From Eledone cirrhosa (taxonomy: Eukaryota), in NCBI GenBank assembly GCA_964016885.1, contig OZ024745.1, positions 72,416,001 through 72,480,000 of the forward strand: a stretch of DNA of 64,000 nucleotides, written 5' to 3'. Shown here piece after piece: positions 28,380 to 42,257 of this stretch (positions are counted from its first letter, which is position 1; the number at the start of each line of letters is the position of its first letter). A model generated the notes under the pieces. That model worked only from the letters and a program-made list of their open reading frames with translations, was not told the origin of the DNA and searched no databases. The position numbers and the translations under genes were made by a program.

Positions 28380-31300
28380 GCCATGCCCTTTTCAGGACAG
28401 CTCGTCATGCATTGGGTCCCACCTGAAACTCTGCTCTCACCTGTGGCCCCAAGAAGCTGTAGCATGCGACTGCAGCCATACTCTGGCAAGCCGCCTTGGC
28501 TGGCGGGCCGAACCAGGTTGAGGGTAGCCGGATGGGCCTGAAACCCCCCGGTGAGTTAGATAGAGGATTCCTGCCCCTGCATGCGAAGACTGGACGCGGG
28601 GGAGTGAGTGGAGGGAGACAACATCGTCCCAACGGTCACAAATGCGGCGACAGCAAGCGGTGTGGAGCGCTAGTGCACGGCAAGGCACTACAGACGCCGT
28701 GGCCATCCACTGCAACCAAGGAAGTCCCTGGTCGTGACCGTCCTCCGTACCACCGGATTCTGGCTTCTGCGGCCGAATGAGTTGGACCGTCACTGTGCAC
28801 TGGCCCTCCCACTATAAAACTTTCCCGCACAGGTTTCTACTTTAGCGTGCACTCCCAAAGCCCTGCGGCGATTAGCGAGAGGCGGAGGTAACAGGTGGAG
28901 GTAACCTCTGGGAGTTGCCAGTCTCAAACCCACACGTGGGCAGCCTGGATGCGCAAGTCGTTCTCCTCCTGACCCTGGGATGACAAAGGACATCAGGGCG
29001 ACTGAGCAGCCCTTTTCAGGGGAGCACTGCTCACTCTCGCACGAGGGAAGGTGCGATAAAAGGAGCCCTAAGCAAATGCTCGTCCCATAAAAGCCGGCCA
29101 GTCTACTGCGGCTGGCGGTTTTACCCTTCCAAGTGGTCTAAACCAATATAATAGAAAGAAGAACTTGATTCTTGGCGCATTGGATGTGCCTACCCTCATG
29201 GATAAGGAAACCTCCTTGAGGCCAGAGAGAAGAACTGCCCTCATAGCGAGGGAATTAGCTCGCTACCGGATCGACATAGCCGCGCTCAGCGAGACTAGAC
29301 TCGCCGAAGAAGGATCAGTAGCAGAACCGAAAGGAGGCTACACCTTCTTCTGGAAGGGCAATGCAAAGGGCGAGGACAGAATCCACGGGGTAGGCCTGGC
29401 CATCAGGACTTCGCTCTGCAAGCAGCTACCAGACCTCCCAACACCTGTGAGTGAGCGGCTGATAAAGCTCCGCTTCCCCCTCGACCCATCTCGGCATGTC
29501 ACATTTATCAGCGCGTACTCTCACCAGCAGCGATGAAGCAAAGGACGCTTTCTACGGGGAACACAACGCACTCGTGAAGGGCGTCCCCCCAAACGATAAA
29601 CTCATCCTACTGGGGGACTTCAACGCAAGAGTCGGGTCTGATAGCAGCAACTGGAGAGGCGTGCTGGGACCTCACGGCACAGGGAAGCTGAACTCTAACG
29701 GCCTCATACTGTTTAGTTTCTGCGCCGAGAACGACCTCACCAGCACCAGCACACTGTTCTGCCAAGCACACAAGTTCAAGACGACATGGATGCACCCCAG
29801 ATCCAAACAGTGGCATCTGATTGACTTTGCCATATGCCGCAGCAGGGAGATCCGTGACGTCAGAATCACCAGGGCCATGCGTGGTGCAGAGTGTTGGACC
29901 GACAATCGCCTTGTCAGTACCATCCTGTACTGCACATCACCCCGACGCATCGCAAGACACGGAAAGTCTGTAGGCCAGCTTTCGACGTCGCACGACTCAA
30001 GAAGCCAGAGTATCGTGATGCGTTCGCAGAAGACCTGGACGGCCGGCTGACTGTCCATGGACCATTGACCGGACCCCCAACTCAACAGTGGGACCAATTC
30101 AGGTCGCTGGTGACGGAGTCAGCCAAGGCAACCATTGGGCCGAGGAAGAGAGTCCACCAGGACTGGTTTGATGAAAACGATGAACGCATCAGACAACTCC
30201 TGGACGAGAAGCGGAGGGCTGTCATTGAGTGGAAGAATAACAGCTCCTCCACCTCGAAGCGCGACCGCTTCAAGCACCTCCAGAGGCAGACCCAAGCAGC
30301 GCTACGCAGAATGTAGGACAAGTGGTGGGAAAAGAAGGCCGAAGAAGTCGAGAGATACGCTGACACAAAGAACTCCAAGATGTTCTTCAACGCCATCGGG
30401 GACGTCTACGGACCCTTCAAGCCTGTCACCACACCGCTGCTGTCTGCTGTCAGCTCGGTCCTGCTGTCGACCCTGCCGGCCCTCCACTGTCGACCCTGCC
30501 GCCCTCGACAAGGTCCCACAGCAGCCCGTCGTCGGCAGCCACGGCCCCCCCCCCCCCACGTTGGATGAAGTCAAGAAGGCAATCAACCAGACCAGCTCAG
30601 GAAAGGCCCTGCCGAGATCTTCAAGTCGGCCGGTCCAGCTGCCCTGGGGGCCTTCCACACCCTCCTCATCAGCATATGGGAGGAAGTAGAGGTGCCCAAA
30701 GACTTCAGGGATGCCACAGTTGTCTCGCTTTTTAAGAACAAAGGCAGCAAAACTGTCTGTGGCAACTATCGGGGCATTTCTCTCCTGTCCATCGCTGGGA
30801 AGATCCTGGCTCGGGTCATGCTCAACCGCCTCATCGCCAACATCTCGGAGGTCAATCTGCCTGAGGTCCAGTGCGGGTTCTCCCAAAACCGCAGCACGAT
30901 CGACATGATCTTCTTTGTACGCCAGGTGCAGAAGTGTTTCGAGCAGAACATGGACCTCTTTGCCGTCTTCATAGTCTTGACGAAGGCCTTCGACACTGTT
31001 AACAGGGAGGTCCTCTGGTCGATCATGTCGAAGATTGGATGCCGACAAAGTTCGTGAACCTGATACGGCAATTCCATGACGACATGACCGGGCAGGTGCG
31101 CTCGGGCGTCAAGCAAGTATGCGTGCTGGATCCCGTCCTCTTCAACCTGTTCTTCACCTGGTGCTCAATCATGCCATCAGGGACCTCGAGCACGGAGTGT
31201 ATCTGCGATACAGACTGGACGGCTCCCTGTTTGACCTGCGCCGCCTGACGGCCAAGACAAGGACCGTGCAGAGGATCGTCCTGGAGGCACTTTTTGTTGA

Positions 31301-32285
31301 CGACTGTGCCCTCATGGCCTACATGGAGTCTGATCTCCAAGTCATCGTCAACAAGTTCGCGGAGGCCTCCTGCCTCTTCGGTCTCATAATTAGCCTTGGT
31401 AAGACTGAGGCCCTGTTCCAGCCTGCACCTGCCTCCCTCACACACCCTCCTTCCATCTCCATCGGAGGCACCCATCCAAAGACGGTGAACGACTTCAAGT
31501 ACCTCGGAAGTGTCATCAGCAGCGCTGGAAGCCTCGACAAGGAGATAAATGCCAGGATCTGCAAGGCCAGTCAAGCCCTTGGCCGCCTGAGGACACGCGT
31601 CCTGAACCAGCACAACATCAGGCAGTCCACCAAGCTCAATGTGTACAGGGCCGTTGTTCTCACAAGCCTCCTCTACGGATGTGAGACATGGACCCTGTAC
31701 AGAAGGCACCTGAAGCAGCTGGAACGGTTCCACATGCGCAGTCTGCGGTCAATCATGAACATCAAATGATAGGACAAGGTTTTCAACCTCGAAGTTCTTG
31801 ACATGGCTCAGACAACCAGTGTCGAAGCTATGATACTGAAGAGCCGGCTTCGATGGGTGGGATATGTGATCCGGGTGGACAATTACAGGCTTCCGAAGCA
31901 ACTGATGTTTGGGGAACTCTGTTCTGGGAAACGAAAGCGGGGCAGGCCTCTCAAGAGGTTCAAAGACTGCATGAAGTCCAGTATCAACAACACTGGAATC
32001 TCCCCAAAACAACTCGAGTCTCATGCTCAGGACAGGACTGAGTGGCGCCAAGGACTCTTTTGAAGCGAAGAGACGGGAAGAGGTTACTGAGGCCCGTGAA
32101 AGGAGGAGAAACGCATGAACAGCTGCCCCAAGGGACTCCGGTCTCTTCCCTTTCCCCACTGTCTCCGGACCTGCAAGTCAAGGAAAGGCCGCCACAGCCA
32201 CCTTCACGCCCACGGCAGACGGGAACTAAATTAAAGAAGATGTCATCACCGTTCACAATAGACGGGTCACAGCGGAGGAAGAAGA
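28380..32285 (+). mobile_element. RTE-clade LINE, near full length, decayed
   Basis: GC-rich 5' UTR (may start at ~28043). APE motifs DIAALSETR, LLGDFNARVG, HLIDF, WTDNRLV. RT motifs NYRGISLLS, KAFDTVNR, GVKQ, LFVDD, FKYLGS, LLYGCETW. Many frameshifts and deletions; ends in gaggaagaaga. Confidence 0.93.
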
Positions 32286-32995
32286 TCACTGATGAAGGAC
32301 TAACTTTATTCATTTATAACCCATTTGCAACCACGCAGCACGTCTTGTTTTCATATTCACACATATATTTTCCTCCGCTGTGACCCGTCTATTTCATTCT
32401 TACTGCTTCCTCTTTCTCTGTACCTTTCACCTCCCTTTACCCTCTCTAACAGTCACTCTCTCTGTTAGCCTCTTCCTCACCCTTCACTCACTCACTCTCT
32501 GCTACTCCCTCTCCTACTTCCTCCCGTTTGACCTGTGCGAAATTCTTTTCTCGCGCACACTTAACCAGGTTGGTTGTTCCTTTTTTCTCTCTCTTGTCTA
32601 TGATTTCACAGAACTTATGTTCACCGAATTCAGGGCCTAGACTCCTTCTTCCTCCCGTTTGACCTGTGCGAAATTCCTTCCTTGCTCACATTTCGACTAG
32701 GTTTGATGGTCTTTATTCTCTTTCGTCCATTGTTTCACAGAACTTATATTCATAGAATTCAGGGACTTGACTCCTTCTTCCTCACTTTTCGTTGCATTAC
32801 CATCTTTGATTGTTTACAGTCTCGCTCGTTGCCCTTATTTACGTGTCCCAACGACTTTCTTTAGCCGTTGCTCGCACCAACCGGAGGTATATGGTCTTTA
32901 AAGCGATGAAATACCAATGAAGGTTGGAAGATCATTGATGAAGAACTAACTTTATTCATATGTAACCCATATGCAACCACGCAGCACGTCTTGTT
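32281..32995 (+). mobile_element. ~715-bp non-coding element with ~70-bp terminal direct repeats and HHR-like core (family I)
   Basis: 32281-32350 is repeated at 32927-32995. Internal ~131-bp periodicity (cctcccgtttgacctgtgcgaaattc). Ends in (TA)n. Second copy at 42258-42900 (-). Confidence 0.7.
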
Positions 32996-33007
32996 ATATA
33001 TATGTAT

Positions 33008-33043
<36 letters not shown>

Positions 33044-34433
33044 GGAGAAAATATTTACGAAATGGAAATGCGGGTATATAGAATTTATTAGGTAACAATT
33101 GTTTCTATAGTGTATGAGTTACCTATACTTCGCTATTTGAATAATACACAAATATTATCATAAACCGAAAGTACACTGTAAGCCAACACACCATGTCATC
33201 AGACCTTTGTATTAGAATGATATGAAAATATTTTATACACTAGATAAAAGATAAAGAAGGAGGTAGGAAGAGAAGGGGAAGAGGGAAGTGAGTAAGGTGG
33301 AGGGAGTCTTAGGGTTTAAGACTGTCAGACTAGGAGAGATTGTGAAGAGAGAATGTTTTGGCAGCAGTTAGCTTAATGAGGCGTGCCAAGGTTGGCTGGG
33401 AAGTACAATAAATTCCGGGACCAACAAATGGTATTACGTCGGATGTACCGCAACTTCTTTCAAGGCTCGCCTATACCAACATCGATCTTCGATCAGGCAC
33501 GAGAAAATGCGCTCCGTAACAACCCTCGCCGATAAAGCCTGGCAGCTTCGGAGGAACAATCAAGCGTTCTCCCTTGATTGGCTAATTATTGCAGCTGCGC
33601 CTGCATATCAAAATCATCGATTCTGCAAGTTATGCAATTTAGAGATATACTGCATTTTAACGTCGGTAAACAAACTTTTGAACAGCAAAATTGAACGTTC
33701 TCTATACTGTAACCATCGTTTGAAAACGACTTTTTCTTTTTTTAAATGCATATAATGTTACCTTTTTACACCAACGTTTGCAAATTTCTGTCTTATATGT
33801 TTATACACTAGATATGGCTTTCTATAATAATAGTACTAAACACTGTTTTTCTGGACCCCTTTAGAAATAACCTGCTACTATAATAGCCCTAATAACTTGT
33901 CTGTGACACTGTACCACTTTGACCCCTCTAACTAAATTTTGTCCGAACAACACCACTAGAAGAATCTACTTCCCAGCCAACCTTGGCACGCCTCATTAAG
34001 CTAACTGCTGCCAAAACATTCTCTCTTCACAATCTCTACTAGTCTGACAGTCTTAAACCCTAAGACTCCCTCCACCTTACTCACTTCCCTCTTCCCCTTC
34101 TCTTCCTACCTCCTTCTTTATCTTTTATCTAGTGTATAAAATATTTTCATATCATTCTAATACAAAGGTCTGATGACATGGTGTGTTGGCTTACAGTGTA
34201 CTTTCGGTTTATGATAATATTTGTGTATTATTCAAATAGCGAAGTATAGGTAACTCATACACTATAGAAACAATTGTTACCTGATAAATTCTATATACCC
34301 GCATTTCCATTTCGTAAATTTTTTCTCCATATTTTCTCCGGATTTTAAAACACACTTTATTATACGTTGAGCAATCTCTGACGTCAGTTGACTCCATCCA
34401 ATGCAACTTAGTAACATTGGAATACAAATTAAC

Positions 34434-34440
<7 letters not shown>
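33044..34440 (+). mobile_element. PLE 3' fragment (Nematis-like GIY-YIG, 33405-33755) with inverted pseudo-LTR; HHRs at 33090-33206 (-) and 34166-34282 (+)
   Basis: Translation WYYVGCTATSFKARLYQHRSS...TTLADKAWQL...CKLCNLEIYCI...LLNSKIE...CNHR. 33044-33405 is inverted at ~33968-34330. (TA)n on both sides. Confidence 0.85.
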
Positions 34441-34504
<64 letters not shown>

Positions 34505-35002
34505 GTGTATATAATGTGTGTGTGTGTCTGTGTGTGTGTTTGTGTCTGAGTGTGTATGTATGTGTGCGAATTTGTCTGTCTCTAGATAGATAGATAAGGA
34601 AGGAGTAAGAGGTGGGGTAACTAAAAACGCGTTTATGTCAAACAGTTTACTACATGTAATCGTCCTCTTCCTTTTCGCAGTTAAAATCTAATCCTAATTT
34701 TTCCTTTCCCACTCTGTATTCTCTCTCCCTCATTCTGACTCTTTCTCTCCCCCCCCCCCCTTCCTTGTCCACACTCTTTACTCTCTTCGCTCCATCATAT
34801 TCCTTTCTGAACCCTTCTCATTTCTCATCAATTTATTTATCTATCTTTCATCCGCCATTCCCTTTCGTTCCCTCTCCAGCGTTCCATTTTGCTTGAAATT
34901 TACACACCGAAGATATATATATATATACACGCATGTATACGTGGCATGTTATATTCGATATATATCTAACACCCCTCACCCCCCTCTCTCTCTCTCTCTC
35001 TT

Positions 35003-35116
<114 letters not shown>

Positions 35117-35125
35117 TATATATAT

Positions 35126-35310
35126 GTTCATCCCAGGGTCAATCAGGAGTAACCACAGTATGTAAGGTACTCAATACGTAGCAGAGTGTAAATATTTAAC
35201 TTAAATATGGCTTCTACGGGACTAGAACTGTTTCATTCGGAGAAATCATCAGTTCTAGTCCTGTAGAAGCCATATTTAAGTTAAATGTTTACACTCTGCT
35301 ACGTATTGAG

Positions 35311-35316
<6 letters not shown>
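35126..35316. mobile_element. Fold-back mini-PLE, family D variant
   Basis: 35165-35230 is inverted at 35250-35316. The left arm carries the HHR core on the minus strand. Confidence 0.8.
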
Positions 35317-35372
<56 letters not shown>

Positions 35373-35375
<3 letters not shown>

Positions 35376-35579
35376 ATAGTAAAAGTACGAATTGTTATGC
35401 CTTCATTACGTTTATTGAGTAGCGATGCACATCACTACTCAATAAATGTAATAAAGGCATAACAATTCGTACTTTTACTATTATATTTACACTCTGCTTA
35501 GTTCTACACTTCGTCATAGACGGGAAACTACACATCGAGTGCTCACTTGGGTGAAGCTACAATAACAGCACATTGCACT

Positions 35580-35583
<4 letters not shown>
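35373..35583. repeat. Fold-back unit with one-sided tail between (TA)n tracts
   Basis: 35374-35425 is inverted at 35429-35482, followed by a ~100-nt tail. Confidence 0.75.
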
Positions 35584-35610
<27 letters not shown>

Positions 35611-35614
<4 letters not shown>

Positions 35615-35950
35615 AAAGTTCTACTTAAAATTGTTGGGATACAACAAGTAAATATTTTATAACTGATATAAAGCACTCGACAAGTTTTTGGAGTAGATAT
35701 ACGATATTAAATAAATGGAAACTATATTTATAAAACCATATTTATTTCATTATACATATTTCAGGGATACCAAATTAAAATATGGTATGCCTTCATCAGA
35801 CAAAATACAATATGTAAACAGTTATATAAAACTGTTTATATATTGTATTTTGTCTGATGAAGGCATACCATATTTTAATTTGGTATCCCTGAAATATGTA
35901 TAATGAAATAAATATGGTTTTATAAATATAGTTTCCATTTATTTAATATC

Positions 35951-35952
<2 letters not shown>
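35611..35952. mobile_element. Fold-back mini-PLE, family B, HHRs at ~35742-35808 (-) and ~35846-35910 (+)
   Basis: Same sequence family and same arm end points as 5518-5970, but a different fold point (~35825). Confidence 0.87.
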
Positions 35953-35999
<47 letters not shown>

Positions 36000-36004
<5 letters not shown>

Positions 36005-36278
36005 AGAAAATGCAAAGTAGTTTTAGATGTTACAATGCATTATTGATAAAAAGGCTACGTTTTATGTAAGAGGCTGTCTGATAAGATCATGACAGTGGAT
36101 ACGCGGAATCGCGTGGCCACAGTCGTCATTGAAATATGTATCACAGCCTTATCAATAAAGGAATGTAACATCTGAAACTACTTTGCATTTTCTTATTCTA
36201 TATCTACTCCGTGATTCCTACGTGGAAAAAGTACATTGAGTGGTGGAATTGAATTGCACCAATTTTTACCGTAAGTAC

Positions 36279-36280
<2 letters not shown>
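36000..36280 (+). mobile_element. Fold-back mini-PLE, family H, with HHR at 36071-36149
   Basis: aggctgt-CTGATAA-stem II-GAAA-tatgta-TC-acagcct (7-bp stem I; G8A change). 36001-36034 is inverted at ~36162-36196. Confidence 0.7.
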
Positions 36281-36313
<33 letters not shown>

Positions 36314-36349
36314 TAGAAGGGATATTTAATTTGTTGGAAATCCGACAAA

Positions 36350-36530
36350 TATATATATATCCAGAGAATATCCAACTGATAAGGTATAATTTTCCTAGGT
36401 ATCTCTCTATTTATAAAACAAACTTTGTATTTTATCTGAAGAAAGCGTACCAAATAGTTTGGTACCCTTGAAATATATATAATAAAATAAATATGGTTTT
36501 ATAAATATAGTTTCCATTTATTTAATATCA
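36350..36530 (+). mobile_element. Family B pseudo-LTR with HHR (36428-36488)
   Basis: tattttat-CTGAAGA-aagcgtaccaaa..tttggtaccctt-GAAA-tatata-TA-ataaaata. Confidence 0.8.
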
Positions 36531-36543
36531 TTGTACACACACG

Positions 36544-36590
<47 letters not shown>

Positions 36591-36591
<1 letters not shown>

Positions 36592-36811
36592 ACGAAGGAA
36601 ATGTGGTAAGGAACCAGATGGACCATAACGCACCAAAGTACTCAATACTTAGGGTAGTAGAGTGGGTGATAGAAACGAGTAGGACCCCGACGGCTGAGCT
36701 CAAGCCGTTTCGACGGCTAATTTTGGATATTCTCTGGACGGCTAATTTTTTTTTTTTAGTCCAGAATTAGCCGTCGAAACGGCTTGAGCTCAGCCGTCGG
36801 GGTCCTACTCG

Positions 36812-36815
<4 letters not shown>
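36591..36815. mobile_element. Fold-back mini-PLE, family A
   Basis: gagtaggaccccgacggctgagctcaagccgtttcgacggctaatt is inverted at ~36766-36812. Same family as 101-255 and 45187-45545. Confidence 0.82.
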
Positions 36816-36880
<65 letters not shown>

Positions 36881-37544
36881 TTATTATGGCTAAGTGGTTA
36901 GTCTTGTTACTCTGGAATTTCACCTGTGCACTCGCAGGATCCTCAGACCAAACATTTATATATTCTACATATATAGTAGAGAGTCAGTGTTCGACGGCTG
37001 GTCTCTTGCCGTTTTGAAAGCAGATTCCAGACTAGAGATATATTCCTGCTCTGAATAAGGTGTCTCATCAGAGGCGTGGCCTAAGGTGATTGACGTGTGA
37101 AGTAAGTGAATAAGCGGTTAAGACAAGGATATTGGCCTTTTGAAGACCATTATTGTAGGTTCTATAATCAAATGTTTATATATTTTAGTATTTCCAGGGT
37201 TCGTTGTGTATGTGTCCAAATGCTTCATTGTGTATGTGTATATGGGTTGGAAATATTGTAGTGTTGGAGTGATGAAGAATGTTTAGTTTTGGATTGTTAA
37301 AGAATTCTCAAAGAAAACGGAATGTATATTTTTGCTGTGTCATCACAACGGAGGCGATGACAGTGGGAGTTCGGCTCTTTAGTGTCCGGACCTGGTGTAC
37401 AGCGTCAGTTGTCCGTAAGGAGGCAGTGATTCAAGAATAACTTATGAAAGTTATTTCCCTTGATTTTGTAATAACAACAATAACAATACTGACAAGCCTG
37501 TTTATGAATATTTAATAAAACATAAATATAAAGACTTGTTCGCG

Positions 37545-37830
37545 GGCGTGCCCTTCGCAGTGGAGACTTCTGGTGTCCTTGGCCCTAGGGCTACCTCCCT
37601 ACTCACCACCATAGGCGCTGAGCTGGCCATCCGCAGGTGTGAGCCTCACGAGTTGGAATGGCTCTTCCAGCGCATCTCCCTTACCATCCTCCGGGGAAAC
37701 GTCTTCTCCATTCCTCTTTGCCGGGGTTATGCGGAGGCCAACACGTGGGACCCCATTTGCTCACCATACGGAGAGATGAGGAGAGCGAGAGAGATGGAGG
37801 CGATGACAGTGGGAGTTCGGCTCTTCCATG
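37545..37830 (+). mobile_element. CRE-clade non-LTR retrotransposon C-terminal fragment and 3' UTR
   Basis: VPFAVETSGVLGPRATSLLTTIGAELAIRRCEPHELEWLFQRISLTILRGN matches the CRE C-terminal pattern (P.AVET.G..G...FQR.S....RGN). Confidence 0.8.
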
Positions 37831-38945
37831 TTAGGAACATATCGTTGTGGTTGTTTTCATCAAGCCCCAGTTCACAAAATGTTTCTATAATTTCTAGTTC
37901 GTTTGACTCTTTCCCATTCAACAGTCTTTTCATGTTTTCACATTTTTATTTTTCCTTTTTTTAAATAGGAAGGTCAGTGGTTCTGTCGATATGCGTGGAG
38001 CATACAAAACATGTGGGTATGTACATGTATGTGTGTGGGTGTCTGCGTGTGTGAGAGCGTGTATTTCCTCCTGTGTGAGTGTGGTGTATGCGTACGGGCG
38101 TGCTAAAATATCTGACCTCGCCAACGCATTGATGGTGACTACCACCCACACACACAAGTAAGTAGATGACACAGCAAAAACTGTTTCCCTTGACAATTCT
38201 TCATAAACATCAAACCTAAAATTCTTCACCATTTCAACACTTCGGTATTTCAAACCCACATACACATACATAATGCCACACACACACACACACACACACA
38301 CAACGGATCACTGAAAATATATAAACATTTGTACACATACACAACGAACCCTGGAAATACAAACATACATAAACATTTGTTTATAGCACCTACAATAATT
38401 GTCTTCAACGAGCCAATATCCCTGTCTTGATTGCTTATTCACATACGCCATACGTCAATCACCTTAAGCCACGCCCATGATCAGATGGCTTATTCAGAGC
38501 AGGGAAATATATATCCAGTCTCGAATTTGCTGTCGAAACGGCAAGAGCTCAGCCGTCGGGTCAAAATTCACTACTCTGTTTACATTCAACTATACCAAGC
38601 ATCGTGTATAAACGTCGGCCCTCTACTCTCCGAGATCAAATCTCGCCGACGTCATTCAAGGTCGGTAAAATAAAGTTCCAGTCTAGTCCAGAGGTCGATT
38701 CATCCTCTCTCTTTATGTCGAATAAGAAATTGAAGTTCTGCCAAGGATTTGCAAGCAAGTAGTCTACCAATCACGCAAGAGTGAGGATTACTGGACAATG
38801 TTACCGGTATATTTGATAAGGCTTTTCTCCTGCCTCTTGCTTCTTTTAACCGATGGATACACCGGACTCGAAGGTCCTGATCCTATCATTCATATATATA
38901 TATATATATATATATATAGATAGATAGATAGATATATATATATAT

Positions 38946-39345
38946 GTAAAGGTTATATTTAATTTGTTGGGATACAACAAGCAAAATATTTTTATAACTG
39001 ATATAAAGCACTCAACAAATTATTGGAGTAAATATACAATATATTAACAAATGGAAACTATATTTATAAAACCATATTTATTTCATTATACACATTTCAA
39101 GGGCCACCAAGGCAAACTATGGTGCGCTTTCATCAGATAAAATATAATATAGGTTAGTTTTATAAATAAATATTGACATACCCTGAAAAAATGCAACGAT
39201 TCTGGTTGCATTTTTTCAGGGTATGTCAATATTTATTTATAAAACTAATGAAAGCGCACCATAGTTTGCCTTGGTGGCCCTTGAAATATGTATAATGAAA
39301 TAAATATGGTTTTATAAATATAATTTCCATTTGTTAATATATTGT
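38946..39345. mobile_element. Fold-back mini-PLE, family B variant, HHR at ~39080-39144 (-)
   Basis: Fold at aaaatgcaac-gattctg-gttgcatttt (~39200). The right arm has a deletion through the HHR core. Confidence 0.82.
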
Positions 39346-39394
39346 ATATATATATATATATACACATACACACATACATACATAAACACACATA

Positions 39395-39429
<35 letters not shown>

Positions 39430-39589
39430 AAGCATATATGTGAATGTGTGTGTAAGTGTGTATGCAGATATATCTGTGTGTGTGTGTGTGTATGAGAGAG
39501 ATGACTGAGATAAGCAAAATTCTTCTCTGCGTGAGAATGAGATCGCATTTTTTGTGCACGGTTGCATGTATGTATATACGTGTATATAT

Positions 39590-39665
<76 letters not shown>

Positions 39666-39669
39666 GCGC

Positions 39670-39775
<106 letters not shown>

Positions 39776-39940
39776 TATATAGAGTCGCGACCCGACGGCT
39801 GACCTCTTACCGTTTCAACAGTTAGTTTAGACTGATTACCAAAGGACTTAGCGTTTAACTGGCTGTATCGTCAAGGGTGGAATTTGTCCGAATAAGGACA
39901 TACATTATTTATCTAATTCTAAATTCTCTTCATATTATTG

Positions 39941-39979
<39 letters not shown>

Positions 39980-39983
<4 letters not shown>

Positions 39984-40195
39984 AATATATTACACAAAGA
40001 GAAGTGTGTTACACACTGAGATGTGTGTAAAGAATTATTACAAGTGAGTTTAACCGTTACTGTATGGAGAACAATAACGGTTAAACTCACTTGTAATAAT
40101 TCCTTACACACATCTCACTGTGTAACACACTTCTCTTTGTGTAATATATTTGTATTTGAGCTCAGAAGAAAATTCTCTATTCTACTTTGAGCTAA
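39980..40195. repeat. Fold-back unit with one-sided tail
   Basis: 39980-40059 is inverted at 40075-40154; the tail contains tttgagct. Confidence 0.8.
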
Positions 40196-40212
40196 TATTA
40201 TTATTATTACTG

Positions 40213-40410
40213 TGAGGGCGGTGAATTGGCAGTATCGGTAGAGGGTCGGATATGCTTTCCAGCATAGTTACGTCCCTTTACGATCTGAGTTCAAATCCCG
40301 CCGAGGTTAACTTTGCCTTTCATCCATACAGAGGTCGATAAAATAAAGTACCAGTAATGTACTGGGTAATTGCTGGCCTTGTGCCAAAAGTAGAAACAAT
40401 TATTATTATT
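40213..40410 (+). mobile_element. tRNA-derived SINE (major family) with apparent TSD attattattactgtga
   Basis: Full SINE consensus. attattattactgtga precedes it (~40200-40215) and follows it (~40402-40417). Confidence 0.85.
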
Positions 40411-40446
40411 ACTGTGAACTGCGGAATACTCTTAATTCCGATCCTC

Positions 40447-40494
<48 letters not shown>

Positions 40495-41196
40495 GGCAGC
40501 TCTATGTATGTACTTATGTATGGGAAAAGTGAACCAGGAAACACAACACGGAAGAACAATACAGTACAATAATAATATATATTAGTTTAACGTTTGATAT
40601 CGTAGGAAAACAGTCATAACGTCTGGGACGGCAGACATTCATCGAAAGATTGGATTTAATATAGAAGAAATAGAAGGCATGACGAGTGTAATGAAAGAAA
40701 CAGGAAAATATATGTTCACAGATACAACTATTAGCTGTGTGATTCTCGTAGTATATGTTGTGTGGTAAATAAATATATACATATCATCAGGTCCAAACAT
40801 AATGGAACCAAACTCTCACAGTCACTGCCTACATCTTCCCCGCTCTCCCCATGTCACTGTTTGTGGTTGTATGTGAATATATGTATGCTGCAAGCAAACG
40901 AATGCGATGCTCAAGAGACGGTATTTTCCCACAGAAACATTTATAAAGTAAATAACTAAAGTAAGAGTTATTTTTAAGAATATTTGATAACATTTTATAG
41001 GAAACCACTACTTTTATTTTTAGGGAATGTCCCGTTATGGAAGGAAATGGGTGAATTCAGACTATGAATAGCTATAGACAGAGTGAAGAGGGACATATTA
41101 GATGACATTTAGAGGGGGAGGGGAAGGGACGCATACAGAAAGAGAGAGAGAGACGCATGCAGAGAGAGAGACAGGCATAATGAGAGAGAGAGGCTT

Positions 41197-41242
<46 letters not shown>

Positions 41243-41493
41243 CCATATAGAGAGGGAGAGAGAGAGTGATATTCTTTGAATTAAAGTAAGGAAGAAATGT
41301 CAGAGAAAGCATATAAAAAATATAAACATTGAGACACACGTAAACATGCATACATGTTCACACACACGTAAACCCTTGCGCACACACACATACACATATA
41401 CACACGAGCATATATACATATATACTTCATATATATATAGTGAGAGAGCTATACATTATCTCTTTCTTTATATATATATATATATATATATAT

Positions 41494-41747
41494 AGTTTTA
41501 ATATAGATGAGATTCTACAGGACTAGAACTGTTTCATTCATTAGAAATCATCAGGAATCTGGGTATCAAAAAATAAATATGGTATTTATAGGTCTCTACA
41601 TTTATTTTTTGATACCCAGATTCCTGATGATTTCTAATGAATGAAACAGTTCTAGTCCTGTAGAATATCATCTATATTAAAACTGTTATACTCTGCTATG
41701 TATTGAGTACCTTACTTACTGTGGTTACCTCCGATTCAACCCGGAAT

Positions 41748-41750
<3 letters not shown>
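41494..41750. mobile_element. Fold-back mini-PLE, family D, complete HHRs at 41510-41560 (-) and 41618-41668 (+)
   Basis: agattc-CTGATGA-tttc-taat-gaat-GAAA-cag-ttctagtc-ctg-TA-gaatct: 6-bp stem I, GUA site. Confidence 0.9.
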
Positions 41751-41836
<86 letters not shown>

Positions 41837-41841
41837 GTATG

Positions 41842-41932
<91 letters not shown>

Positions 41933-41944
41933 ATATATATATGT

Positions 41945-41976
<32 letters not shown>

Positions 41977-41990
41977 ATATATATATATGT

Positions 41991-42024
<34 letters not shown>

Positions 42025-42036
42025 ATATATATATGT

Positions 42037-42134
<98 letters not shown>

Positions 42135-42138
42135 ATAT

Positions 42139-42251
<113 letters not shown>

Positions 42252-42257
42252 ATATAA

